Assembly (NCBI GenBank): GCA_947632135.1
Contig: CANRNZ010000001.1
Span: forward strand, 1 to 50,438
Reading direction: 5' to 3'
DNA from: an uncultured Clostridia bacterium
GTDB lineage: Bacteria > Bacillota > Clostridia > Oscillospirales > CAG-272
DNA length: 50,438 bases
Part shown: in pieces, positions 16,169 through 24,408 of the stretch
Layout of the letters: every line of letters begins with the position of its first letter
Position numbering within the stretch: position 1 is the stretch's first letter
Made by a program: the position numbers and the translations under genes
Notes under the pieces: model-generated
The model's input: the letters and a program-made list of their open reading frames with translations, nothing else
Databases searched by the model: none
What the model was told of the DNA's origin: nothing

Positions 16169-18073
16169 TTATTTTCCCGTTGGAGCAGGAGCTTCAAAGC
16201 ACTCGACGTCTACTTCCATTTGCTCGCGTCCGCGAAGAATTGAGAATGTCAGAGTGTCTCCGACCTCGTGCTCCGTGAGGATTTCCTTTATCTCGGCGAT
16301 GGTCGATACTTCGGTGCCGTCGATTGCGAGAATCATGTCGCGCGCCATCAGAACGTCGTCGTTGTAACCCTTTTCGGTGCTCACAACGTAGAGTATGCTC
16401 TCGCTGCCGTTTCCGGTTGAGAAGCCGGAGGTCGCTTCATAAAAGGATACTCCGATATATACCTTGCCCGTCACGTATCCGTTCGTTATAAGCTGTTCGG
16501 CGATGGGTCTCGCGGCTTTTGCGGGTATTGCAAATCCGAGCCCCTCAACGCTCTCTCCCGTGGATTTTGCGTTTACTATACCGACAAGCTCTCCGTTCAT
16601 GTTGAATAGACCGCCGCCGGAGTTTCCGTGGTTGACCGCCGCGTCGATTTGAATAAGAGACATTTTTCTGTTGTCGATTTCAATTTCTCTGTCGGAGGCG
16701 CTGACAATTCCCGACGTTACTGTTCCGCCAAGCTCCCCGAGAGGATTTCCGACCGCGATTACCTGCTGACCCACAACAAGCTCGTCGCTTGCCGCCCACA
16801 CTGCGGCGGTCAGCTCGTCGGCGTCGATTTTAATTACGGCAATGTCCGAGTCCGCGTCATGACCGACGACCTCTGCGGCGTATTCCTCGCCGTTTTTAAG
16901 TCTGACCTGTATCTTGTCGGCAAGGACGCTGTCGTCGCTCGTTGAGGTCACGACATGGTTGTTTGTCACTATATATCCGTCGGTCGATATAATAACTCCC
17001 GAGCCCGCGCCGCCCGTAACGTAGCTTCCGAAGAAGAAGTTGCTGCTTGTGACGTATTCGGTCGTTATTTCTACGACGGAGTCGGCAACGAGATTTGCCA
17101 CGTCGGCGACGCTCATTTCGCCGTCGCCGTCTTTTACTGTTTCAACTCCTCTGTAGAGAATAACGGTTCCGTCGTCGCCGACGCCCGCCACTGAATTGTT
17201 GTCAATCTGTCCTTCTTTAAGGTACGGCGAGTTCTTATCTACAAAGTATTTGCTGAAAACAAATGAGCCGCCAAGCCCGACTATAATCGAGAGTATAATA
17301 CATATAACGCCGAGCGCCGCGCCGTGACTCTTTTGATTGCTTTTGTTCTTTTCTTTCTTTTCTTTCTTTTTCGCCTTTTGATTTTCGCCGTAGTATCCGC
17401 GGTAGTCGGTATATCCCGCGCCGGCGTATGACGAGCCGTTTGTGTATGCGCCGCTTCCGTTAGATGTGTATCCGGTGTACTGCGAGCGGTTGTAGCCGTT
17501 ATAGCCCGATTGTCCGGACTGCGTGTTGTATGAGGAGTTTGCAAAATATCCGTTTGAGTTGTTTTGAGTATTTTGCCTGTATTGATTGTTCTGAGTGTTC
17601 TGAGCGTTCTGATAGCTTTGACCGTTTTGAGCGCTCTGATTGTTTTGATAATTCTGATAATTCTGATAGTTTTGATTGCCTTGAGTCCTGTTTGACGAAT
17701 ATGGGGAAAAGCCGTATGATGAGTTGTTTCCCGTGTGTTCGGCAAGACCCTCTCTGCTGTAGGAATATGTGAATTCTTCGTTTTGGGTTTTGCTTTGGGA
17801 CGCGTCGGCGCCGTTTTGATTTAAGCCCGAGCTTGCAGGGCTCGCGTCGGACTGTTTGTCCGAGCTTGCGCCTTGAGATGAAGTATTTGCCTGAGAGGGC
17901 GCTCCACTTGCGCCCTCAAACGCTTTTTCGGCGCTCTTTGCATTTTCGGAGTTTTCCGTGTTTTCCGTGCTTTCGGCGTAATTCTTCTTTTCAAATCCCT
18001 CGGAATTTTCGGCGTTTTCTTTGCGGTTTTCATCGCTTGAATAACTTGAATTATTTGAATAAAATTCTGACAT
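16169..18073 (-). CDS. htrA: HtrA/DegP-family serine protease (trypsin-like + PDZ) with a ~250 aa Q/N/S/Y-rich cytoplasmic N-terminal tail
   Basis: TNNHV, DIAVIK and GNSGGGLFN form the catalytic triad context, with a C-terminal PDZ domain and a single TM segment (ALGVICIILSIIVGLGG). A GGGAGG RBS precedes the ATG at 18073. Confidence 0.88.
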   Translation of the reverse strand: MSEFYSNNSSYSSDENRKENAENSEGFEKKNYAESTENTENSENAKSAEKAFEGASGAPSQANTSSQGASSDKQSDASPASSGLNQNGADASQSKTQNEEFTYSYSREGLAEHTGNNSSYGFSPYSSNRTQGNQNYQNYQNYQNNQSAQNGQSYQNAQNTQNNQYRQNTQNNSNGYFANSSYNTQSGQSGYNGYNRSQYTGYTSNGSGAYTNGSSYAGAGYTDYRGYYGENQKAKKKEKKEKNKSNQKSHGAALGVICIILSIIVGLGGSFVFSKYFVDKNSPYLKEGQIDNNSVAGVGDDGTVILYRGVETVKDGDGEMSVADVANLVADSVVEITTEYVTSSNFFFGSYVTGGAGSGVIISTDGYIVTNNHVVTSTSDDSVLADKIQVRLKNGEEYAAEVVGHDADSDIAVIKIDADELTAAVWAASDELVVGQQVIAVGNPLGELGGTVTSGIVSASDREIEIDNRKMSLIQIDAAVNHGNSGGGLFNMNGELVGIVNAKSTGESVEGLGFAIPAKAARPIAEQLITNGYVTGKVYIGVSFYEATSGFSTGNGSESILYVVSTEKGYNDDVLMARDMILAIDGTEVSTIAEIKEILTEHEVGDTLTFSILRGREQMEVDVECFEAPAPTGK

Positions 18074-18309
18074 GATAATTCCTCCCTGTTATATTTTACC
18101 CGAAAAAATTATCGGTATTTTTTCTTTGCGATAAAATTATAGGAGTCCAATGTGACGGTTTTTTGAAGATACGGAGAAAATGAATTGAAAAAGAATTGAA
18201 AAGATTAAAAAATTAAAAATCAACGTGCTTTTCGGATTTACGTATTGTCCTTTAAAAATTCCCTTAAAAAGTCCTTTAAAAATCGGAAAGATAAAATTTT
18301 GCCGCTTTG

Positions 18310-19539
18310 TCAGCCCGCCCTTGCGGTCACGATAAAACCGTCGACGTTATTGCCCGATATTTCGTATTCGACGCCGTCAAAGGTCGGTATTTCGGTCTCG
18401 CTACCGTTTGAGGACGGGACATAATATATAATACTGTCCCCATTTGATATTTTGTATTCGTCATAGGGAACCTCGGAGAAGGTTTTTGTTATTTCGGAAA
18501 AAACGAGAAGCTTTTTGTCAAACGTAAAATTTCTGAGATAATCAATATATTCCTCAAGGCAGAAATCTTTTTCTTTTATTATGAGAGAGTGGGGAAGTCC
18601 CACATATCTGTAGTGCCAGCCCTCGTAATCTATTGAGGTTATCGCCGCCTTATGTACGGGGTATCTCAGAATATAGCCGTAATTTGAATAGTTTTTCATA
18701 AACCACGCGGCGTCGGCGTAGTCCTCGATATCGTAGGTGTAGCCGTCGTCGGCGAGAATCGAAATATCGAGAGACAGCCCCGTGTGGTGCTCGCTGTAGC
18801 CGGGCACCGCGACGTATGACGCCGCGTACTCGCTGCCGTAGCGCTCGACTCTGTCATCGTATATTTCCCGCTGTTTTTCCATCGTTCGAAACGCGCTTGA
18901 GACAAGTATTCCGTCGCAGCCCGAATTTTCATACAGCTCCTCTGTCAAGGCCTTGAAGCTGTCGAGAGCTTCTTTTTTAAGATACGTCTCGGTTGTATTC
19001 ACGGAGTACACCTTTTCGGTGTCGAACATCGAAACAAGGTCGTTGTCTTCGGGAAAGACATACGGGTATTTGTAATTTACAAGTATGAGGTTCCCCGTGT
19101 GAACGTCCTCGTTTGAAACTGTTTCGGATTTTTTGCCGCCTGCGGTGTCGGAACCCGCGCCGAGCGCGTTATCCGAGAACTCGCCCGACGTATCTTTGGC
19201 GCCGAGTGTGACCTCTGCGTCGCCCATGTCCGACGGCGCGCGGTTATTTTTTATCATGACGGCAGCCGACGCCGCGACGACCGCCGCGAAAAAGAAGACC
19301 GTAACAAAAAGCCACGCGTTTTTCATGCGGTATCTTTTTCTGCTTCTCTTTGTGACGCGCTTCTTTGGCTTTTTCTCTTTTTCAAGCGGATTTGAAAAAA
19401 CGACATGCCCGCTTCTGTTTCGTGTTGCGCCCTGTATGCTGTCGTTCGCATAGTCGTCAATGAAGCCGACGGTGTTTTTGTCATCGGAGGCGCTGCTTTT
19501 CGGGACGCCGCTTTGACGCCTGCTGTCGTTTTCCGCCAT
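18310..19539 (-). CDS. D-alanyl-D-alanine carboxypeptidase, VanY/M15B family, membrane anchored
   Basis: SAFRTMEKQ, GYSEHHTGLSLDI and GWHYRYVG are zinc-peptidase motifs typical of VanY-like enzymes. An N-terminal K/R-rich tail and a TM segment are present. Confidence 0.8.
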   Translation of the reverse strand: MAENDSRRQSGVPKSSASDDKNTVGFIDDYANDSIQGATRNRSGHVVFSNPLEKEKKPKKRVTKRSRKRYRMKNAWLFVTVFFFAAVVAASAAVMIKNNRAPSDMGDAEVTLGAKDTSGEFSDNALGAGSDTAGGKKSETVSNEDVHTGNLILVNYKYPYVFPEDNDLVSMFDTEKVYSVNTTETYLKKEALDSFKALTEELYENSGCDGILVSSAFRTMEKQREIYDDRVERYGSEYAASYVAVPGYSEHHTGLSLDISILADDGYTYDIEDYADAAWFMKNYSNYGYILRYPVHKAAITSIDYEGWHYRYVGLPHSLIIKEKDFCLEEYIDYLRNFTFDKKLLVFSEITKTFSEVPYDEYKISNGDSIIYYVPSSNGSETEIPTFDGVEYEISGNNVDGFIVTARAG

Positions 19540-19621
19540 AGTAAAGCTCCTTTTTTTGTAATTTCCGTAATTCCCGAATTTTTATGCGGTTACAAGATTA
19601 TTTGAATTTTTGAGTTTTTTG

Positions 19622-19657
19622 AAAAAACGGGGTAAGTGACAGCACTCCCCCCGTTTT
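19622..19657 (-). terminator. Intrinsic terminator downstream of pnp
   Basis: The stem AAAACGGGG/CCCCGTTTT (9 bp) is followed on the minus strand by a T run. Confidence 0.6.
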
Positions 19658-19683
19658 GTGATTTGATAGTGTTGATTGTATAC

Positions 19684-21777
19684 TCAGCCCTTGAGCGCGT
19701 CTTTTCTCGAAAGGTTCATTCTGCCCTTTTCGTCCGTTCCGAGGAACTTGACTCTCATCTTGTCCCCAACCTGACACACGTCCTCGACCTTTTCGGTGCG
19801 GGCAAAATCGAGCTTTGAAATATGGACCATTCCTTCCTTGCCGGGCGCGAACTCAACGAAAGCGCCGATGGGAATAATTCTCGTGACGACCCCCTCGTAA
19901 ATTGCACCGACCTCCGGCTCGAAAACGATTCCGTCGATTATCTTCTTTGCCTCGGCAATCGAGTTCTTGTCCACTGCGGAAATAAAGAGACTTCCGTCGT
20001 CCTCGATGTCGATTTTCGCGCCTGTGTCGGCGCATATCTTCTGAATGACCTTTCCGCCCGTACCGATGACCTCGCGTATCTTGTCTACTGGTATCTTCAT
20101 CGAGAGCATCTTCGGAGCATACTCCGAAACCTCCGCGCGGGGAGCTGGGATAGCCTTCAGAATGTATTCGTCAATTATATAATCGCGTCCCTTGTGTGTT
20201 ACCTCGAGCGCCTCGCGGATTATCTCCGGGGTAAGACCGTCGATTTTGAGGTCCATCTGTATCGAGGTGATTCCCTTGTGAGTACCGGCAACCTTGAAGT
20301 CCATGTCGCCGTAGAAGTCCTCAAGTCCCTGTATGTCTATCATAGTCATCCAGCGCTCACCCTCTGTGATAAGTCCGCAGGAAATTCCGGCGACAGGCGC
20401 TTTTATCGGAACACCGGCGTCCATGAGCGCGAGAGTCGAGCCGCAGACCGACGCCTGAGACGTGGAGCCGTTGGAGCTCACCACCTCGGAAACGAGACGC
20501 ATTGCATAGGGGAACTCCTCAACCGAGGGAAGCACGGGGACGAGAGAACGCTCGGCAAGCGCGCCGTGACCTATCTCGCGGCGTCCGGGGCTTCTTGAGC
20601 TCTTTGCTTCGCCGACTGAGTATCCGGGCATGTTGTAGTGGTGCATGTATCTCTTTGTATCCTCGTCGAAAATACCGTCGAGCATCTGAGAATCGCTTAT
20701 CGGACCGAGTGTGGCGATTGTCATTACCTGAGTCTGACCTCTGGTGAAAAGTCCGCTGCCGTGAACTCTCTTGAAGAGTCCCGCCTCGGCGGCGAGAGGT
20801 CTTATCTCGTCAAGCCGTCTGCCGTCGACGCGCTTCTTGTCGTCAAGGAGCCAGCGGCGCACGACATATTTCTGTATCTTATAAAGTATCTCGTCGAGAA
20901 CAACGTGAGTCTCGGCGTCTCCGCCGTCGAACTCATTGTAAACTCTCTCGATAATGGGAGCCATTCTTTCGTCTCTCACGTTCTTGTCGTCGGTGTCGAG
21001 AGCGGCTCTTACGTCGTCGATTACCGCGTTCTTTACCTTTTCGTAAAGCTCGGGGTCGACCTCGCACGACGGGTATTCGAATTTGGGCTTTCCTATCTCG
21101 GCGACAATTTTGTTTATAAACTCGATAAGAGGCTTTATGACCGCGTGCGCAAGCATTATCGCGTTGTACATGTCGTCGTCGGAAACCTCGTTTGCGCCCG
21201 CCTCTATCATAACGACCTTGCTCTCCGTTGCCGCGACGGTAAGATCAAGGATACTTGTCTCACGCTGCTTTTCGGTGGGGTTTATAATAAATTTTCCGTC
21301 GGGAGTCATTCCGACAAAGACGCCGCCGATAGGACCGTTCCACGGTATATCGGATATGGAAAGCGCGACGGACGCGCCAATCATCGCGGCAATCTCGGGC
21401 GAGCAGTCGCGGTCGACCGCGATAACAGTGAGCGAGATGTTTACGTCGTTTCTGAGGTCCTTCGGGAAAAGGGGTCTTATCGGTCTGTCGATTACTCTCG
21501 AGGTCAGAATTGCCTTTTCTGACGGGCGCCCCTCTCTTTTAAGATAGCTGCCGGGGATTCTTCCCACCGAGTAAAGTCTTTCCTCGAAATCGACCGAGAG
21601 GGGAAGAAAGTCTATTCCGTCGCGCGGACGAGCGGACGCTGTGGCGCAAGCCAGTATTACAGTGTCGCCGTAGTGGACAAGGCATGAGCCGTTGGCAAGA
21701 CCGGCGATCTTTCCCGTCTCAATTACGAGAGGTCTGCCTGCAAGCTCATAAGAAAAGGTTTTGTGGTTCTCAAACAT
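19684..21777 (-). CDS. pnp: Polyribonucleotide nucleotidyltransferase (PNPase)
   Basis: Two RNase PH domains plus KH and S1 (GAIYEGVVTRIIPIGAFVEF). The ATG at 21777 (MFENHKTF...) has a GGAGG RBS. The upstream ATG at 21831 only reads through a 9 nt tandem repeat. Confidence 0.93.
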   Translation of the reverse strand: MFENHKTFSYELAGRPLVIETGKIAGLANGSCLVHYGDTVILACATASARPRDGIDFLPLSVDFEERLYSVGRIPGSYLKREGRPSEKAILTSRVIDRPIRPLFPKDLRNDVNISLTVIAVDRDCSPEIAAMIGASVALSISDIPWNGPIGGVFVGMTPDGKFIINPTEKQRETSILDLTVAATESKVVMIEAGANEVSDDDMYNAIMLAHAVIKPLIEFINKIVAEIGKPKFEYPSCEVDPELYEKVKNAVIDDVRAALDTDDKNVRDERMAPIIERVYNEFDGGDAETHVVLDEILYKIQKYVVRRWLLDDKKRVDGRRLDEIRPLAAEAGLFKRVHGSGLFTRGQTQVMTIATLGPISDSQMLDGIFDEDTKRYMHHYNMPGYSVGEAKSSRSPGRREIGHGALAERSLVPVLPSVEEFPYAMRLVSEVVSSNGSTSQASVCGSTLALMDAGVPIKAPVAGISCGLITEGERWMTMIDIQGLEDFYGDMDFKVAGTHKGITSIQMDLKIDGLTPEIIREALEVTHKGRDYIIDEYILKAIPAPRAEVSEYAPKMLSMKIPVDKIREVIGTGGKVIQKICADTGAKIDIEDDGSLFISAVDKNSIAEAKKIIDGIVFEPEVGAIYEGVVTRIIPIGAFVEFAPGKEGMVHISKLDFARTEKVEDVCQVGDKMRVKFLGTDEKGRMNLSRKDALKG

Positions 21778-21791
21778 TTTTGTTTCCTCCG

Positions 21792-21818
21792 TTTTACGTG
21801 TTTTACGTGTTTTACGTT
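21792..21818. repeat. Tandem repeat TTTTACGTG x3 immediately upstream of the pnp RBS
   Basis: Read directly. Confidence 0.95.
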
Positions 21819-21845
21819 TTCCGTAATTCATTTTATGACCGGAGG

Positions 21846-21926
21846 TTTAGCACTTAAGCGCCGCCTTGCCTTTGCCGCATCGATGAGAAATGGGACATTA
21901 AGGCAAAGCGCTGTTTAACTGCTAAA
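21846..21926 (-). promoter_or_regulatory. Long imperfect hairpin in the pnp 5' leader
   Basis: TTTAGCA (21846-21852) pairs with TGCTAAA (21920-21926). Further inner pairings include TTAAGCGCC..GGCGCT-like and CTTTGCC/GGCAAAG. Confidence 0.3.
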
Positions 21927-21990
21927 TCCCGCCCGGTCACTTTTTCGTTTTTCTCGCTTATTTAACGCTGACCTTTTCGGTATAAACTAC

Positions 21991-22024
21991 GGGTCGGAGC
22001 GGGAGCGCCGTCCCGCTCCGACCC
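21991..22024. other. Perfect 14 bp GC-rich hairpin in the rpsO-pnp spacer
   Basis: GGGTCGGAGCGGGA (21991-22004) pairs with TCCCGCTCCGACCC (22011-22024) around a 6 nt loop. No clear U-tract follows on either strand. Confidence 0.8.
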
Positions 22025-22336
22025 GAATTTTACCGCATGGCAAAACGGCTTTTGCCGTTCTTCGGTTTTCCGTTTTCTTCTTTTTTATATTATTTTATAT
22101 TTTATATTCCGTATCCTCTTATTTATAAGCTTTTTGCTTTGCGGCTTTTTTGCGCCCGTTTTTCTCGCATAACACCTTAAATTCACCCGTCACCCGTTTT
22201 ATCGGGCAGACATGCGGGAAAATAAGCGCATACGAAAGCCGTAAGCCAAGAGCGGTTAAATAGAGTAAAGAAGTATAAAAATATAAATATAAATATAAAT
22301 ATAGAAGAAGGAAAAACGGAAGTCGGAAAATTCCGA

Positions 22337-22603
22337 TTACTTTCTGAGCCCGAGCTTTTCGACAATAGCGCGGTATCTCTCGATATCCTTCTTCTGAAGG
22401 TATCCGAGAAGATTACGTCTGTGACCGACCATCTTGAGCAGACCGCGGCGGCTGTGGTGGTCCTGCTTGTTCGCCTTGAGGTGCTCGTTGAGAGTAACTA
22501 TTCTGTGTGTCAGTATAGCTATCTGTACCTCGGGTGAGCCTGTGTCGCCCTCATGGGTGGCGTACTCTTTGATAATCCTTTGTTTTTCTTCCTTTGTGAT
22601 CAT
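22337..22603 (-). CDS. rpsO: 30S ribosomal protein S15
   Basis: [69 protein letters not shown] is a canonical S15 sequence. Confidence 0.96.
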   Translation of the reverse strand: MITKEEKQRIIKEYATHEGDTGSPEVQIAILTHRIVTLNEHLKANKQDHHSRRGLLKMVGHRRNLLGYLQKKDIERYRAIVEKLGLRK

Positions 22604-22749
22604 GCTTTCACCTCATAATATAAAAATATAATATTTGCACGGGACCTCAGCGACCGGCGGGTGAAACGCTCCGTAAAAGGAGTCTTATGTCCGGAGACCG
22701 GGATCTCAATGCCGCAGATGATTATACCATAAACATCATTATTTGTAAA
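22604..22749 (-). promoter_or_regulatory. rpsO promoter plus a ~110 nt GC-rich leader
   Basis: On the minus strand: TTTACA (22749-22744), 17 nt of spacer, then an extended -10 TGGTATAAT (22729-22721). The leader is GC-rich and self-complementary, so it may be an S15 autoregulatory element, which I could not verify. Confidence 0.4.
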
Positions 22750-23002
22750 GTAAGTTTGGAATATTTTTTATTTTGTTCATTATTATTTATATTCACTATT
22801 TATAATCGCTATAATCGCTTTTTGTAATCGACCGCGTCAGTTGTTTTCTCTGTTCGCGCTTTTTGTCATACAGACATTCCGATACGACCGATTAGCTGTA
22901 AATAAAAATAAAATACATTTGTCGAGATTTGTTCTGCAAATGTATAAATTATATAAAAAAGATATAAAAATGCCGAAAATATAAGAAGCGGGCAATTCCC
23001 CG

Positions 23003-23419
23003 TTAATTATTTCGGCGATTTTTGTCACTTGCATAATACTTATTGTTATCGGCGTCCCTTTTTGATTTAACAGTTCTCGACGCCGTTATTATCCCCGAGA
23101 CGATAAGCATTGTGCCGAAAAGCTTTCTTGTAATGACGCGCGGCAGCACAAACGCAAGCTTTGCCCCCGCAAGCGAGCCGACGACTCCGGTTACGACGAG
23201 CACCGACACAAGTACAAAATCTATTTTTCTTTTTCTGAGGTGTAGAGAGAGCGCGGCAGCCGCCGCAAATACAAAGAACATAAGGTTTATCGCCTGAGCG
23301 TCCGTTTGAGCGTAGCTGCGTATCAGCGTGAGATAGATGACGAGAAGTCCCCCTCCGCCGATTCCCATTCCCGCAAGCATTCCGAAGAGCACTCCCGCCG
23401 CGATGTCCGCGATAAGCAT
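23003..23419 (-). CDS. Half-size (4-TM) TauE/SafE (TSUP) family permease, second half
   Basis: MLIADIAAGVLFGMLAGMGIGGGGLLVIYL... with four hydrophobic helices. The ATG at 23419 has a GGAGG RBS. The longer ORF in the track (to 23548) lacks one. Confidence 0.72.
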   Translation of the reverse strand: MLIADIAAGVLFGMLAGMGIGGGGLLVIYLTLIRSYAQTDAQAINLMFFVFAAAAALSLHLRKRKIDFVLVSVLVVTGVVGSLAGAKLAFVLPRVITRKLFGTMLIVSGIITASRTVKSKRDADNNKYYASDKNRRNN

Positions 23420-23608
23420 TTTACGTTTCCTCCTTTGTATCCGCACATGGAAATTTGACCTCACAAAAACAATTTCGGCAACTGTCTTTATTATAAAACC
23501 GTTTTCGACAAGCTTCTTTTGTCTCGGCGTCATGCTTTTACGCTGCACGGTATTCCGTCATATCCGCGCATACGAGCAGATTGCCAAATCGTTTTAGTCA
23601 ACTGCATA

Positions 23609-24115
23609 TTATCTTAAAATCATGCTCGCTCCCGAAATGACGGTGACGGCGGCAAAAATCAGCTTCAGAGCGGTTTTGCTTATTTTGTCCGTTACAAACG
23701 CACCGATAAGACCGCCGATTATTCCGGGTATCAGAAAGACAAAGGACATTCTGACGTCTGCGTCCGTATTTTTAAAATACGTAAACGCGGACAAAAGAGA
23801 TATGGGAAGAACTGTGGAGATTGTCATTGCGAAATTGTCCTTTACGCTGTTTTGACTGTCGTTTTTCCCGCTTTCTATCCCGCTTTCTTTCCCATTTTCT
23901 TTCCCGTTTTCTTTTCTCGGTGATTTTTTTGAAGCTTTTTTTGAATCTCTTTTTGAATCTCTTTTTGAAAGCGCAGAAAACGTGTAGACGAGAACTATTC
24001 CCGCGCCGGCGCCGAGAAGTCCGTTTACAAACCCCGCCGCCGCCCCCGACAGCCACAGCCACGCGGGGCAGTCGACTTTTTCGACCGTTATATTTGCAAA
24101 AATGTCTTTTTTCAT
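23609..24115 (-). CDS. Half-size (4-TM) TauE/SafE (TSUP) family permease, first half, with a K/E/S-rich loop insert
   Basis: GFVNGLLGAGAGIVLVY and LIPGIIGGLIGAFV glycine-rich helices typical of the family. A ~40 aa repeat-derived insert (KRDSKRDSKK...ENGKENGKESG) follows TM1. Confidence 0.72.
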   Translation of the reverse strand: MKKDIFANITVEKVDCPAWLWLSGAAAGFVNGLLGAGAGIVLVYTFSALSKRDSKRDSKKASKKSPRKENGKENGKESGIESGKNDSQNSVKDNFAMTISTVLPISLLSAFTYFKNTDADVRMSFVFLIPGIIGGLIGAFVTDKISKTALKLIFAAVTVISGASMILR

Positions 24116-24408
24116 GTATTTTATTGTCCCGCCGCGCGCGAAAAATATTAGCTTAATCTATTGTTTTCTATATGTTTTCTATTGTAAAATCATTCAAAAT
24201 ATGGTATTATATTATATATAATCATGCATTGTTTTTTATTTTATATTTTATATCTTTGATTTGCTTAAAATTATGACCGATATTGTGAATCGGTATACGG
24301 TTGTATACTGATATTTAAATATTTAAAGCGGATACCGAGAATGGATACCGATAAAGAGATAAAAAGAGATAAAGAGAAAGGATATAGAAAGGACAGAGAA
24401 AGGAAAAA

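Noticed and set aside
19822-21547. Long plus-strand ORFs (258, 294 and 154 aa) inside pnp, with similar antisense or off-frame ORFs inside radA (4542-5200), ftsK (25012-26564), rnfE (11169-11801) and pcrA (35883-36843)
   Set aside because: All overlap genes with unambiguous conserved motifs on the other strand or frame. Their translations are R/S/P-rich and typical of off-frame reading of GC-rich coding DNA.
21778-21831. An 18-codon N-terminal extension of PNPase (MNYGKRKTRKTRKTEETK)
   Set aside because: It is just the 9 nt tandem repeat read in frame. The strong GGAGG RBS serves the ATG at 21777, which gives a canonical PNPase N-terminus.
22837-23034. A 65 aa minus-strand ORF in the rpsO / TSUP intergenic region
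   Set aside because: It has no RBS and AT-rich odd composition, and it overlaps the hairpin-terminator of the TSUP gene.
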